64,000 bases of DNA from an uncultured delta proteobacterium (GTDB taxonomy: Bacteria; Desulfobacterota; Binatia; UBA9968). Below the pieces are notes generated by a model. The model did no database searches and had not been told where the DNA came from. It worked only from the letters and a program-made list of their open reading frames with translations. Below, piece by piece: positions 48,019-59,472 of this stretch (its first letter is position 1; every line of letters begins with the position of its first letter). The position numbers and the translations under genes are program-made. The stretch lies in contig CAWDPO010000006.1 of NCBI GenBank assembly GCA_963804165.1, positions 224,001 through 288,000 on the forward strand, given 5' to 3'.

Positions 48019-49047
48019 ATGTCAAAAGTAATTTTTTACGTCAGCCTGATCGGACTTGTTCTGACTTCGATGTGGAGTTCGGAGCATGGTTCCTATGCGC
48101 AGGATTTCTACGCGGGGAAAACGATCCGTATCGTCGTGGGATTTCCGGCTGGCGGCGGCTTTGATACCTATTCGCGGGTCATGGGGCGTCACATCAACAA
48201 ATACATTCCCGGCAACCCGGCGGTTGTTGTGGATAACGTCACCGGGGCGGGTAGTCTCATTGCCGCCAACTCGATTTACAAAGCAACCAAGCCTGACGGT
48301 CTGACCATCGGGAATTTTATCGGCAACCTGATCTCGCAACAACTTTTCGGAGGATCCGGAATCGAGTTCGATGCGAGAAAGTTCGAATGGATCGGCGTGC
48401 CGGTCAAGGATCATGTCGTCTGCGCCCTGACAAAAGCCAGCGGGATTACCAGCGTCGATGCATGGATGGCGGCGAAGGCGCCGGTGAAATTGGGTGGCAG
48501 CGCTCCGGGTACGACGAATGACGACGTTGCTAAATTACTCAAGGCGGCCCTCGGGCTACCCATTCAGCTGGTGACGGGTTACAAAGGTACGGCGCCGATT
48601 AAATTGGCTGCGGAGAGCGGGGAGATCGACGGCGGGTGCTGGGCGTGGGAGTCGATCAAAGTGATGTGGCGTCAAAGCCTGGATGCGGGCGAGGCTAATA
48701 TCGTGCTGCAGGCCGTACCTAAAGCGGTCCCGGACCTCCCCAAGGTTCCCATGGCCATCGAGCTCGCAAAGACAGAAGAGGCGCGCAAGCTGATTCAGGT
48801 CGGCATCCACGACACCGCGGCGATTACCCGTCCCTATGCGTTGCCTCCGGGCACGCCCAAGGATCGCGTTCAAACGTTGCGCAGGGCCTTTAGAGAAACC
48901 TTGAGGGATAAAGATTTTTTGGCCGAGGCAATTAAATCTAAGCTCGATGTCGATCCGATGAGCGGTGAGGAAGTCGAAAAGATCGTCGCCGGCCTGTTTA
49001 AACTTGATGCCGCCACGGTCGCGAAAATGTCGGAGATTCTTAAATGA
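48019..49047 (+). CDS. TTT/Bug-like substrate-binding protein
   Basis: FYAGKTIRIVVGFPAGGGFDTYSR, KPDGLTI, VTGYKG, PPGTPKDRV. Confidence 0.88.
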   Translation: MSKVIFYVSLIGLVLTSMWSSEHGSYAQDFYAGKTIRIVVGFPAGGGFDTYSRVMGRHINKYIPGNPAVVVDNVTGAGSLIAANSIYKATKPDGLTIGNFIGNLISQQLFGGSGIEFDARKFEWIGVPVKDHVVCALTKASGITSVDAWMAAKAPVKLGGSAPGTTNDDVAKLLKAALGLPIQLVTGYKGTAPIKLAAESGEIDGGCWAWESIKVMWRQSLDAGEANIVLQAVPKAVPDLPKVPMAIELAKTEEARKLIQVGIHDTAAITRPYALPPGTPKDRVQTLRRAFRETLRDKDFLAEAIKSKLDVDPMSGEEVEKIVAGLFKLDAATVAKMSEILK

Positions 49048-49126
49048 TCCGAGACCAGTCCTGCGTTTGTGAATAATTCCCGTGGCCCGTCAGGTCAGAA
49101 TTTCTATTCTCCTCTTGGAGGAAAAC

Positions 49127-49693
49127 ATGCTTGTCCGATCCATCTGCGCAATCGTCTTCGCCGCGCTCGCGGTAGTCACCATGCCGGCGCCAAGCATCAC
49201 AGCGGAGTCTCCTTGTCCCGCTATCCTCGATCACAAATTCGCCAATCTGATGGATGAGCCGGTTTCGCTCTGTCAGTTCAGCGGCAAAATACTGCTGATC
49301 GTCAACACGGCGAGCGAGTGCGGCTACACGCCGCAATACGACGGCTTGGAAAAGTTATATCGCCGCTATCGCGACAAAGGCTTCACGGTGCTGGGGTTTC
49401 CCGCGAACGATTTCGGCGGCCAGGAGCCTGGGTCGAACAAAGAGATCGCGCAATTCTGCCGGGTGAACTATGGCATCACGTTTCCCGTGTTCGCAAAGAC
49501 CCCCGTTGTCGGCGCAAAAGCCAACCCGCTCTTTAGAGAACTGGCCGCGAAGACCGGTAAGCCGCCGCGCTGGAATTTTCACAAATATCTCCTCGACCGG
49601 ACGGCACAGCCGGTCGCCGTATTCGAAAGCGCCGTCGAGCCCGGGGATCGCCAGGTGACCGCCCAGATCGAGAAGCTGCTTGGAGGTCACTGA
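49127..49693 (+). CDS. Glutathione peroxidase (Cys-type, exported)
   Basis: LIVNTASECGYTPQY, LGFPANDFGGQEPG, WNFHKYL; N-terminal signal. Confidence 0.93.
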   Translation: MLVRSICAIVFAALAVVTMPAPSITAESPCPAILDHKFANLMDEPVSLCQFSGKILLIVNTASECGYTPQYDGLEKLYRRYRDKGFTVLGFPANDFGGQEPGSNKEIAQFCRVNYGITFPVFAKTPVVGAKANPLFRELAAKTGKPPRWNFHKYLLDRTAQPVAVFESAVEPGDRQVTAQIEKLLGGH

Positions 49694-49724
49694 GACAATG
49701 AGAGTTCAAATCGTTTAAGAGAGT

Positions 49725-49759
49725 AGCTCAAAGTTCAACGTTCCAGGTTCAAGGTCCAA
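49725..49759 (+). repeat. Degenerate 7-bp tandem array
   Basis: AGCTCAA AGTTCAA CGTTCCA GGTTCAA GGTCCAA. Confidence 0.6.
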
Positions 49760-49919
49760 GGAACGAACAACTTTCCAGCGGTTCAAGTGGCTTCAAACCT
49801 CGCGCGTCGACTCACCACCTGTACTGTTTTGGTTATTCAGTAATTGTTGCTGCTAGTTGACATTCAAACTAGTAAAATGCAGCCTTGATACAAAATGATC
49901 GGAAGGTTGGTTCTTTTAC

Positions 49920-50708
49920 GTGACGGCTACAGCCTATAGCGGCGTCCGATATTTCAGGCGCAAGAGTCGAAGATTTGCCACGCTCCACTGGCAAGGAGCC
50001 ATTCTTAGGTGGTGCGTTGTTGGAATCGCTGGCTTCTTCGCTCTCAACTTGATCTATCAGGTTATACGCAAGCCCGGCGAGCTCTTCGCCCCGATCAGCA
50101 GTTCTTTATCAAAAAGTCCCGACTTGACCTGGCAGAGTTACGGGGCGCTTTTCGAGGAACATTCTACAAGCATCATTTCACCTGAATTGCTCGCCGCGCT
50201 CGCTCAAGTCGAGAGCGACGGCAACCCCATCGCCCGCACCTATTGGCGCTGGCAATGGTCGTGGAACCCTTTTGAAATCTATCGTCCGGCCTCGAGTGCG
50301 CTAGGCATGTTTCAACTTACCGACGGAACATTCGTTGAGGCCCGCAGATATTGCATCCGTGACCACATCGTTGTGAGCGAGGGTCCATGGCACGATCTCA
50401 GTTCCTGCTGGTTCAATGCCCTCTATACTCGAACGCTGCCTAGCCATGCGGTCGAAATGACCGCCGCGTATCTGCACCAGAGCGTGGCCGATACACTGGC
50501 GGCTCGTCGCGCGGTCAAGGCCAGCCCGGCGCAAAAGCAGAAACTGGCCGCCGTGATTCACCTGTGCGGATTGAAAAGAGGTGAGACTTTCGCCGCACGC
50601 GGCTTTCGCCTAGCGCAGGGCGAGCGTTGCGGGACTCACAGCCTGCAGCGCTATCTCACTCAAATCGACGTATTGAAAAAACGCTTTGCTCGATTGGCAG
50701 GGAATTGA
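49920..50708 (+). CDS. SLT-domain lytic transglycosylase-like membrane-anchored protein
   Basis: LLAALAQVESDGNP (catalytic ES), SSALGMFQL, AAYL; N-terminal TM. Confidence 0.8.
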   Translation: MTATAYSGVRYFRRKSRRFATLHWQGAILRWCVVGIAGFFALNLIYQVIRKPGELFAPISSSLSKSPDLTWQSYGALFEEHSTSIISPELLAALAQVESDGNPIARTYWRWQWSWNPFEIYRPASSALGMFQLTDGTFVEARRYCIRDHIVVSEGPWHDLSSCWFNALYTRTLPSHAVEMTAAYLHQSVADTLAARRAVKASPAQKQKLAAVIHLCGLKRGETFAARGFRLAQGERCGTHSLQRYLTQIDVLKKRFARLAGN

Positions 50709-50825
50709 GCCAGCGCTCGATGCTACGGCTTCCGCCGGCCATCGCGAGTTTCTTTCGTACGCCGGCCGATGAATCCGAGCACGGCAGCCTGGCTGAGTGA
50801 AGAGAACGATGATTGACACAAACCG

Positions 50826-53800
50826 CTATTTTTTTGCCGGATCGTAACCGAGTACCGGCGATAGCCAGCGCTCGACTTCGGCGACTTTCATGCCCTTGCG
50901 CGCAGCGTAAGACTCGACTTGATCTTTGCCGATCGAGTTGACGGCGAAGTAATGTGCCTCGGAATGGGCGAAGTAAAGACCGCAAACCGCTGCTGCAGGA
51001 AACATGGCGAAGCTTTCCGTGAGCGTAATTCCAGTCGCTTCGCCGACGTGAAGCAAATCGAAAATGACCGGCTTCTCGGTATGATCGGGCTGGGCGGGAT
51101 AACCCGGGGCCGGCCGGATGCCGCGATATTTCTCGGCGATCAGATCTTCAATGCTGAATTTCTCGTCTTTGCCGTAGCCCCAGTCCGCGCGCACCCGCTT
51201 GTGCAACCACTCGGCGAAAGCCTCGGCTAACCGGTCCGCCAGCGCCTTCGCCATGATGGAATTGTATTGGTCGTGGTCCTTTTCGAAGCGCTCGGCCAGC
51301 TCCTGACAACCATGGCCCGTCGTAACGGCGAAGGCGCCGATGTAGTCAACCCGTCCGCTCTCGCGCGGCGCGATAAAGTCGGCGAGAGCGAGCTGCGGCT
51401 TGCCGCGCTGGTTGTCCTTCTGTTGACGCAGCGTGTGCAGCCGCGCGGCTTCCTGGGTGCGCGTGACGTCGGTAAAGACCACGATATCGTCGCTGTCGCT
51501 ATTCGCCGGGAAAAAACCGTAGACGCCGTGGGCGGTGAATAATTTCTTATCAACGATCTCTTTGAGAAGTTCTTGCGCATTGGCGAACAACTCGCGGGCA
51601 GCCGGTCCGCGGGCCGGATCGTTCAGCAAATCCGGATAGCGCCCGCGGATTTCCCAGGTGTGAAAAAACGGCGACCAGTCGATAAACGGCACCAGCTCAT
51701 GCAACGGGAACTCTTTCAACACCCGCTCCCCGGTAAACTCCGGCACCGCGATATGATGACCGTCCCACTCGGTGTGCAGTTTGTGCCGCGCCGCTTCCTC
51801 ATAAGTCAGCAACTGCGTGCTGACGCGGTTCTCGAATTGTTCGCGGATCTCTTCCTGATCTTTGCGGTTTTGCGAATCCAGCGCCCTGCGTGTGTCCGGC
51901 TTCATCAAGGCGCCAACCACCGGCACGGCCCGCGACGCGTCGATCACGTGAATCGTTTCGTGCTTGTACGACGGCGCGATCTTGACCGCGGTATGGCGCT
52001 TGCTCGTCGTCGCGCCGCCGATGAGCAGCGGAACATTCAGACCGCGCCGGGTCATCTCAGCGGCGACGTGGGTCATTTCGTCGAGCGACGGCGTGATCAG
52101 CCCGCTTAAACCGATGATATCCGCTTTCTCTTGAATCGCGGTGTCGATGATTTTGTCCGCGGGCACCATGACGCCGAGGTCGATGACGTCGTAATTATTG
52201 CAGCTCAACACCACGCCGACGATATTTTTACCGATGTCATGCACGTCGCCTTTGACCGTAGCGAAAACCAACTTGGTCCGCCGATCGACGTTTTGCGTCG
52301 CCTTTTTCTCGGCCTCGAGAAACGGCGTCAGAAAAGCTACGGCTTTTTTCATCACGCGCGCCGACTTTACCACTTGCGGCAGAAACATTTTCCCCGAACC
52401 GAAAAGATCGCCGACGACGTTCATGCCGTCCATCAGCGGCCCTTCGATCACCGATAGCGGCTTACCGTACTTGACCCGCGCCTCCTCGACGTCTTGATCG
52501 ATAAAATCCGTGATGCCCTTGACGAGCGCGTGAGACAAGCGCTCTTCAACCGGGCCGTCGCGCCAGCTGTCGTCCTTGGTGACGGTTTTGTCGGTCTTTT
52601 TGACCGTTTCGGCGAACGTGACCAGCCGTTCCGTCGCATCGGGCCGACGGTTGAGCAGCACGTCTTCCACGAGTTCGAGCAAGTCTTTGGGGACCTCTTC
52701 ATACACCGCGAGCATGCCGGGATTGACGATGCCCATGTCCATGCCGGCTTTGATCGCGTGATATAGAAACGCCGAGTGCATCGCCTCGCGCACCGGATTG
52801 TTGCCGCGAAAGGAGAACGAAATGTTGCTCACGCCGCCGCTCACTTTCGCCAGCGGGAGGTTTTGCTTGATCCAGCGTGTCGCTTCGATGAAATTGACCG
52901 CGTAGCTGTTGTGCTCTTCGATGCCCGTGCCAACGGTGAGAATGTTCGGATCGAAGATAATTTCCTGAGGCGGAAAGCCGATGTGCTCGGTCAAAATCTT
53001 GTACGCTCGCGCGCAAACCTCGATTTTTCTTTCGTAGGTGTCCGCCTGGCCGCGCTCATCGAAAGCCATGACGATCACCGCCGCGCCGTAACGGCGAATC
53101 AACTTGGCCTGAGCGATGAATTTCTCTTCGCCTTCCTTGAGACTGATTGAGTTGACGATGCCCTTACCTTGTACGCACTTGAGCCCGGCTTCGATCACTT
53201 CCCACTTCGAGCTGTCGACCATCACCGGAACGCGGGCGATATCCGATTCACCGGCGATGAGCCGGAGAAATTTCTCCATCGCGGCTTTGGAATCGAGCAT
53301 GCCCTCGTCCATGTTGACGTCGATGATCTGCGCGCCGCCTTCGACCTGCTGGCGCGCCACGCTCACGGCTTTCTCAAAATCTCCCGCGAGCACGAGTTTG
53401 GCAAACACCGGCGAGCCGGTCACGTTGGTGCGCTCGCCGATATTGACGAAGTTCGACTCAGGCAGCAGGGTCACGCTTTCCAGGCCGCTTAGCCGCAAGT
53501 AGGGATCGACATTCGGCAGAACTGCGTGGAGGCTTTGTCTTCTCACCGCGTCGGCGATCGCTTTAATATGCGCCGGCGTCGTGCCACAGCAGCCGCCGAC
53601 GATATTGAGCCAGCCATTTTCCACCCATTCGGTCAGCTGCGGCGCCAGTGACTCCGGCGTTTCGGGAAAACCCGTGGGCAAAAGCGGATCGGGCAAGCCG
53701 GCGTTGGGATGACTGCTCACGTAAATCGGCGCGATGCTCGACAGCTCTTCGATCAGCGGGCGCATCTCTTTCGGCCCGAGCGCGCAATTCATGCCGACGC

Positions 53801-54529
53801 TCAACAGCGGCACGTGGGAAATGGAGTTCCAGAACGCTTCGACCGTTTGCCCCGTCACGCCGCGATTGCTGCCCGGCTGAATGAAAGTGACGGAAGCCAT
53901 GAGCGGAACGTGGATTTTCCGCTCGTCGAATAATTTGGCGATGGCGAAAAAAGCGGCTTTGGAGTTGAGCGTGTCGAAAATCGTCTCGACCAAAAGAAGA
54001 TCGGCGCCGCCATCGATCAGGCCGCGCGCTTGTTCGTAGTAGGCGTCGACCAACTCTTCATACGTGACGCCGCGCGTCGCCGCGCTGTTCACGTCGGTGG
54101 AGATCGAGCAGGTGCGATTGGTCGGCCCGATAGCGCCGGCGACGAAACGCCGCCGCGAAGGGTCCTTCGCCATGACCCGTTCCGCCGCCCTTTTCGCGGC
54201 CCGTGCACCGGCAAGATTCAACTCGTAGACAAACGACTCCAAATGGTAATCGGCCATCGAGATCGATGTCGAGTTGAAGGTGTTGGTCTCTACAATATCG
54301 GCGCCGGCTTCTAGATACTGAACGTGAATGTCCGTGATCAAGTCCGGCTGCGTGATGCACAACAAATCGTTGCAGCCCTTCAGGTCTTTGGCATGATTCG
54401 CGAATCGCTCGCCGCGAAACGCTTGTTCGTCGAGCTTGTGCGACTTGAATCATCGTGCCCATGGCGCCGTCGAGGATCGCAATGCGCCCGGCCAAGATAT
54501 TTCGAAGTTGTTTTTCGCTCTCCGTTCAT
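50826..54529 (-). CDS. metH: B12-dependent methionine synthase (frameshifts in the first ~100 bp)
   Basis: [38 protein letters not shown] (B12 motif), GIRPAPGYP. Confidence 0.96.
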
Positions 54530-54542
54530 TTGCTCGCCTTTT

Positions 54543-55525
54543 TCATTTTTTAGCTTTGGGCATCATCGGCAACGTGGCCCGGGCGACGAAAATTTCCACC
54601 GGACGATTGCCGTTGCGCGCCAATTTTTCTCCGGCGAATGAGCCCGTCAAGTCGTAGTCGATGGATTCCGCACCGGCATCGCGGAACCATCCTTCAATTG
54701 CCGGTCGGTCGAAGCCAAGCCATTCGTGTGCCATCTGTTCGCGCATCCATTCTTGTTTATGCTGCACCAGGTCGACCACAATCACCGACCCGCCGGGACG
54801 CGTGATGCGGCAAAGCGCCGCGATCGCCCGCTCGGGCTCGGGAAGAAAATGCAGGACCATCACACAAAACGCCGCATCGACGCTGCCGGAAGCCAACGGC
54901 AGTTTGAAAATATCGCCCTGGCGGAACTCGACGTTGTGAGTCGCGCGTTCTTTTGCAACGCCGCGCGCCCGGCGCAACATTTCACTCGATAGATCGACAC
55001 CGACCACTTTACGGGCAAACCGCGCCAACTCAAACGTTAAATTTCCTGTGCCGCAACCGATATCGGCGAGCGTGAGATCGCGCGGCAGCAACTTCTCGAT
55101 CGCGAGAGAGGTCACGCGATCGTCAAAGTAACTTTTCCGGATGCGCTCCCAGTCTCCCGCCACCGATTCGAAGTAGCCCGCGATTGCCGGATACGTCGCC
55201 GCCGGCACGCTTCCAAGCGCGCCTGATCCTGCTTCACTTCAGGGATTTCGGCGAGGCGCGCCTGCAGAGACTTGAAAAGCGCGCGCGATGCATCCGGCAT
55301 GTTCTCGCACAGGGAGAAATAAACGTTGGTTCCTTCCTTGCGGTCCTGGACGAATCCCGCCTGGCGCAGTATGGCGAGATTGCGCGAGACCGAGGATTGC
55401 ACCGAGTCCACCACTTCCTGCACTTCCCCGACCGTCAGCTCCTGCTCGGCGACGGACGCGAGAATGCGCAGACGTAAAGGGTCGGCCAATGCTTTAAGGG
55501 TGCGAACAAACTCCATGGATGCCAT
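54543..55525 (-). CDS. ArsR-HTH plus SAM-methyltransferase fusion regulator (SahR-like), frameshift near 55180
   Basis: LKALADPLRLRIL..QSSVSRNLAILRQAG, then YFESVAGDWERIR, DIGCGTG, MVLHF, HEWLGF; directly upstream of metH. Confidence 0.85.
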
Positions 55526-55542
55526 CCAGCTTTCATCATTAT

Positions 55543-55560
55543 ATATAAATATTGTGATGT
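55543..55560. promoter_or_regulatory. Candidate SahR operator
   Basis: ATATAAATATTGTGATGT, an AT-rich imperfect palindrome 18 bp upstream of the start codon. Confidence 0.45.
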
Positions 55561-55705
55561 TTACAACTACGCTTTGGATCGCTTTGAACGGCTCAAGTAT
55601 CGGCGCGACCGATGACCGTTCTAGCGCGAGTAGGCGAGCTGCCGATCAATGACTGAATTGAACACGGTGCGGAGATTGTCATGGGGCCGGCGAGATACAG
55701 AACCC

Positions 55706-56332
55706 TCATTGCCACCGCGATGTGAACAAATCGACAACGTGGTGGATGGCTTCGATCGTCGAATAACAGTGTAATTTCGGCTGGCGGCGGATCCGATAGG
55801 TCGACGGCGACGGCGGTTCGAAGCAGATTGCTGGAAGGCTCGCCAAGTTAGAATTCAAGCGGAGCATTTTTCGCACACTCTTCCACGTGCCGTCCAGGAC
55901 GAATACGACCAACTTCCTCCCAGCCGGCACCAGCGCCGCGCGCGCGGCGGGCGATTGCCGTGAAAGATTGATCGAGTCGTTGCTTGGATAAAGCAGTACG
56001 GGAAAACTCGCCGCGTTTTGAAGCTCGCGATGGACTCGAACATCTTGGGAAAAATCCACCCCTTCGAGGAGGACGGAGTTGCGCAAACAGAGATGGGCCA
56101 TCCGGCCGGTGCCAAGACGGTGCTTGGCTTCGCGCGGCTGTATCAGGATAATAAAGCGCGGCTCCGATTCGAACGGCTCGATGAGCGAACAATAACAAAC
56201 CGCGCGCGGTCGCCGGCAAGAAAGGCACGCGGCCCGATACTCGGCGCGATCGACAAGCCTGCTGGCCCGAAGGCGAATGGGTATCCGCGGAATATCATCA
56301 TCGGCAAAAACAATCCGGCGGGCACGATTCAA
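55706..56332 (-). CDS. DTW-domain tRNA-uridine aminocarboxypropyltransferase (TapT-like)
   Basis: CxxC..CxC zinc motif, QPREAKHRLGTG, LLYP, LDGTW, STIEAI. Start uncertain. Confidence 0.85.
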   Translation of the reverse strand: MNRARRIVFADDDIPRIPIRLRASRLVDRAEYRAACLSCRRPRAVCYCSLIEPFESEPRFIILIQPREAKHRLGTGRMAHLCLRNSVLLEGVDFSQDVRVHRELQNAASFPVLLYPSNDSINLSRQSPAARAALVPAGRKLVVFVLDGTWKSVRKMLRLNSNLASLPAICFEPPSPSTYRIRRQPKLHCYSTIEAIHHVVDLFTSRWQ

Positions 56333-56926
56333 CTGGTTTTTTGCACCAATATTCCCGCGCGAAAGGACGGATCGTCGCCGTCAGCGACATTTTCCTTCGC
56401 GGTAGCAAAGCACCCGGAACTCGCGAAAGTGATCCAGCAACTCGTTATGCTGAAGCAGGTACTCAGGATTTTTCGGATGACCGATTTCTCTCTGATCGAT
56501 TAAATAGGTTTCGAAGACGATATGCCCGCCGACTCTGAGGGCTGATTTCATTTTAGGAATCAGCGACCGCTCAAGATAGTTGAAATTAATGATGAGATCG
56601 AAGGCGGCCTCGAGGCAACTGGATCTGCTCGAGATCTGCGCGCTGCCACGATGAAAGCTCACGATTTTCCTGCGTCCGCGACCGACCTTCTTCTAATGCG
56701 ACAGCAGAGATGTCCATCGCGACGACCTCAAACCCGAGTTCCGGCAAGAACAGAGCATTGCGCCCCTTGCCGCAAGCGACATCCAGCGCTCGGCCCGCGC
56801 GGGAATGCCCAAGCGCCCGCTTGCACAGAACTTCCCTCAAGAAACTCGACGGCTGTGCCGGTCCCTGGGTTTGCCATGTTGCCGATCCCATCTTACTTGA
56901 TCATCTTGAGCGACATAAGCGATCAT
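56329..56926 (-). CDS. TehB-like class I SAM methyltransferase (frameshifted)
   Basis: RWD near the N-terminus, QPSSFL, ALDVACGKGRNALFL, FDLIINFNYLERSL, NPEYLLQHNEL, across several frames. Confidence 0.75.
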
Positions 56927-56945
56927 CGTCAAAAAAGTCGTATCC

Positions 56946-57715
56946 TCAGGACACGGCCCGCGCCAGCGTCACCACGAAAACTTCGTTTCGCGCCGTTTCG
57001 CTTCAATATCCGGCTGCATTCATTTACTGTCGCGCCCGAAGTGTAAACATCGTCGACGAGCAAGACCGATTTTGTCCTTCGACGGATCGATCCGGATGAG
57101 CTACAAACGCGCCGCGGACATTGCGCCGCCGTTCGTCTTCGGCGAGTTGGGTTTGCGCCGCCGTTTCCTTGCGCCGCCGCAGCACAAAGGGATCCATCGG
57201 GATGTTGTAAGCTCGGCTGATTTGTCGTGCGAGCAGCACGGATTGATTGAAACCGCGCCAGCGCAGCCTTTGCGATGCAGCGGAACGGGAATGATCAAAT
57301 CAGCGGGCATGCGCTGAGAAACTCCTGCACAACCGCGCGCCATCAACCGTCCGAGCGGCTTGCCGAGTGCGACCCTTCTGCCGTATTTGAATTTTTGCAC
57401 CACCTGGCGCAGTGGATGTTCTGTCGACTTCCTCGCGCGGATAACAGGCCCAGGCGCGCGCCGAAACAAACTGCGGCGCCCGGGAAAGACACACGCCGCA
57501 GGTGTGATCGTCGCCGCTGGCATCGGGAAACGGCCGTCCGCAAAGATGACAGAGGGATGGGAAATCAGTTGGATATGTTGCCAGCAGCCCGAGCAAAAAT
57601 ATTCCGCATCCCGGCCGTGGATCCGGCCGCCGCAGGCGCGGCAACGCGGTGGATAGAGCCAGTCCACCAGCCAATCGAAACGATCCGCCAGAGAAGTTTC
57701 CGAACGTATTTCCAC
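56946..57715 (-). CDS. comF: ComF family protein (double zinc ribbon + PRTase), frameshifted
   Basis: LYPPRCRACG, CHLCGRPF..CGVC, FKYG, IPVPLH, RRRNVRGAF, VDDV-TSGAT, VVTLAR, in pieces. Confidence 0.8.
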
Positions 57716-57844
57716 AGATCGTTTCGCACTGTAGCAAATTGAATGAAGCGGGCGAAGAAAAAAATCGCACGCCGGTAAGAAGGGGCACCCATCTTGGAGA
57801 ATCGAAGGAAAAGTTGAATGTCTCAATGCTACGCGTGTCGGGGA

Positions 57845-59388
57845 TTATGTTTCGACGATCAAGGACTGGCCGGTCATCTCTTTCGGCTGCGGTATTTTGA
57901 GAAGCTGTAGGAGGGTTGGCGCGATGTCGATGCCGGTGCCCGCGTTGAGCCGGCATTTTTTCCGCTCTTCATCGATCAGAATTATCGGCACGAGATTAGT
58001 CGTATGGGCCGTGTGCGGCATGCCGGTGTCGTAGTCGATCAGTTGCTCGATATTGCCATGATCGGCGGTGATGATCACTTTCCCCTTCTTGCTCAGCGCC
58101 GCGTCGACGACTTGGCCGAGGCAATCATCGATCACTTCGACGGCTTTTACCGAAGCTTCGAAATTACCCGTGTGGCCAACCATGTCGGCGTTGGCGTAAT
58201 TGGCGATGACCAGCCCGATGTCCCGTTCGCGCAAGTACTTGGTCAGTGCTTCGGTCACTGGCCGCGCGCTCATTTCGGGCTTCAGGTCATAGGTCGCGAC
58301 GTCCTTCGGCGAAGGAATCAAAATCCGCTCTTCGCCGGGGAACTCTTTTTCTTCCCCACCATTGAAAAAGTAGGTCACATGGGCGTACTTCTCCGTCTCC
58401 GCGATGCGCAGCTGGCGAACGCCCGCCTGGCTCGCTATTTCGCCGACGATTTTTCGAATCTCCCGTGGTGCATAGGCGGCTGGTACTTTGAACGTCTCGT
58501 CGTACTGCGTCATGGTCGCGTAGGTGGCGAGACGCAATGTCGCTTGCGCGGAAATTCTTTAAAATCTTCTTGGGTCAGGGCGCGAGTCAATTCGCGCGCC
58601 CGATCGGCGCGAAAATTAAAAAAGATCACGCCGTCACCGTCGCGGATCAAGCCTTCGGGAACCGCACCCTCGATCACCGTCGGCAAAACAAATTCGTCGG
58701 TTACCTTTTCCTTGTAACTGTGGCGAATCGCTTCCAGAGGCGAGGGCGCCTTGTTGCCGACTCCTTCGGTCAGGCAATTGTAAGCTTTCTCGACTCGATC
58801 CCAGCGTTTGTCCCGGTCCATGGCGTAATATCGCCCGCTGACCGTAGCGATTTTGACATTGGGGTAAGCTTTCAGTTTCTCGTTAAGATCGAGCATGAAC
58901 TGCTCGGCGCTGTTCGGCGGCGTGTCGCGCCCGTCCAAAAACAAGTGGAGATAAACGTTGCCCAGCTTTTCCTGGCGCGCCATCTCGATCAGCGCCTCCA
59001 TGTGGCGCTGGTGGCTATGCACACCGCCGTCACCGAGAAGACCCATGAAATGTAATCGATCGCTTCTTTCCTTAGTCTTGCGCAGGGCTTCCAGGAGAAC
59101 GGAATTCTTGAAAAACTTGCCCCCGTCGATGTCTTTGTGAATCAGCGTCAGATCCTGATAAACGATCCGGCCGGCGCCGAGGATCATGTGGCCGACTTCC
59201 GAGTTCCCCATCTGTCCCGCCGGCAAGCCGACATCGACCCCGGACATGGACATGCGCGAATTGGGATAATCACGCAGGAGCGCGTCTAGATTGGTCGTCG
59301 ACGCATGGGCGATGGCATTGCCTTCTTTTCGCGGATTGATGCCGAACCCGTCCAAAATCACGAGGATCACGGGCTGCGTTGTGGTCAA
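57845..59388 (-). CDS. gpmI: 2,3-BPG-independent phosphoglycerate mutase (frameshift near 58540)
   Basis: [63 protein letters not shown]. Confidence 0.95.
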
Positions 59389-59472
59389 AGTGGATTCCTT
59401 TCTTCGGCGCTGGTTCAGCAGATTGGGCGAGTCCAGATGGAGATAATCGAACTATGGAATTACCGCCGCCCG

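Noticed and set aside
49127-49693. Selenocysteine in glutathione peroxidase
   Set aside because: The active-site codon is TGC (Cys); no in-frame TGA.
49725-49759. CRISPR array
   Set aside because: Units are 7 bp with no spacers; no cas genes in the window.
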